Under the pieces are notes generated by a model, which was not told the DNA's origin, did not search any database, and saw only the letters and a program-made list of their open reading frames with translations. Shown piece after piece: positions 33,445-34,151 of a stretch of DNA of 34,151 bases. The number at the start of each line of letters is the position of its first letter. Position 1 is the first letter of the stretch. Source of the DNA: Candidatus Krumholzibacteriia bacterium (GTDB taxonomy: Bacteria > Krumholzibacteriota > Krumholzibacteriia > LZORAL124-64-63); the NCBI GenBank assembly GCA_046484865.1, contig JAWOID010000113.1, forward strand, positions 1 to 34,151. Direction: 5' to 3'. A program made the position numbers and the translations under genes.

Positions 33445-34151
33445 CGGGGAGGAAGACCGGATGGACGGACGCAGCCCGGAGCGGAAAGGCGCGCCGGTCC
33501 GGATCCCGGACCGTTGGCAGCGGCCGCCGTGCCGCAGCGGTGGCCGCGATCATCGTGACCGGAGCGGTGTTGCTGGGCGTCGGCGCCTGCGGCGATGAAC
33601 AGGCGGAGCGACGGCCGGACGATCGGGTCGGTTCGGAGGACGCGGCCCCGCCGTCGGGGGATGTCGCCGATCTGTCCTCGTCCTCGCGGCAGACCCCTGC
33701 GGAGGAGATCGGAGGCGATCAACCCCGTCTGCTGCGCGGGACAGTCGTCCAGGAGGCGCGCGGGCTGGTGTTCACGCCATGCGGCAGTGACGATCGCTTC
33801 CTGCTCGCCGACAGGACGACCCTCGGTCTGGCCGGCCTGGTGGCCCGCGCAGCGGGAGACGACCGTCCCGTTTATCTGGAGTTCATGGGCGAGACGGGAC
33901 CGGGGCCGGCGGGCGACGGCCTCCCGGGAGTGGCGGGAGTGATGCTGGTCAGCCACCTGCTCTTCGTCGCCTTCGGGGAAAGCCGCGGCTGCGAGGAGGA
34001 TCTGGCCGGTGTGGAGATGGTCGCCCGGGGCCAGGAGCCGGGCTGGCAGGTCGAGATCCGCAAGGACAGCGCCGTGCTCCGCACGGCCGAACAGCCCGAC
34101 GGGGTCCGGTTCTCCGAACTGACGGCGAGCCACGCCGGCGGGGGGCGGGTC
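33440..34151 (+). CDS. Hypothetical lipoprotein, 3'-truncated by window end
   Basis: ATG overlaps the nitroreductase stop (ATGA). Translation is open to the window end. Signal plus lipobox (…AAVAAIIVTGAVLLGVGACG). Not in the ORF track because no stop lies within the window. Confidence 0.5.

Noticed and set aside
1-34151. Mobile elements, tRNA/rRNA, prophage or defence-island signatures
   Set aside because: There are no transposase or integrase-like ORFs, no terminal inverted repeats flanking gene blocks, and no tRNA-like cloverleaf candidates found by eye. GC content appears uniform except for short AT-rich promoter patches. Nothing could be supported from the sequence.

Overview
High-GC (~70%) chromosomal segment. 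It most likely comes from a diderm bacterium: an outer-membrane-type beta-barrel ending in Phe and several lipobox lipoproteins are present. I call about 33 protein-coding genes. I found no rRNA or tRNA genes, no transposase or integrase, and no CRISPR array. Because of the GC content the six-frame track contains many long spurious antisense ORFs (e.g. 154..2838-, 19387..23493-, and the part of 27745..31764- above 29811). Genes were chosen by recognisable family motifs, RBS context and overlapping stop/start coupling.

Housekeeping and accessory content:
- an OMP and an alpha/beta-hydrolase lipoprotein
- an acyl-ACP thioesterase
- a Gfo/Idh/MocA oxidoreductase, an SDR and an HI0933-like flavoprotein
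- an oxidative-stress/iron cluster: CHRD protein, YtfE di-iron repair protein, divergently an EncFtn cargo plus a family-1 encapsulin shell
- a speE plus eukaryotic-type AdoMetDC operon
- an FKBP, Cdc48-like double-AAA ATPase and MFS string
- pirin, Trm112-like, rpmG, rpmB, FkpA-like PPIase and a DUF1684 lipoprotein
- a large multidomain GT2 glycosyltransferase divergent from an MRJP/yellow-family protein
- STAS protein, SMUG1-like uracil-DNA glycosylase, nitroreductase and a 3'-truncated lipoprotein

The most interesting locus is a tightly coupled five-gene operon (6579..12192). It encodes a KamA-family radical-SAM 2,3-aminomutase, two tandem D-Ala-D-Ala-ligase-like ATP-grasp enzymes, a GNAT acetyltransferase fused to an HDAC-type deacetylase, and a second GNAT. 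I interpret it as a candidate, apparently undescribed, pathway for an N-acetylated beta-amino-acid (beta-lysine-type) peptide or compatible solute.

Caveat: my per-base reading of the printed sequence can be off by a base in places. Coordinates are anchored to the supplied ORF track.
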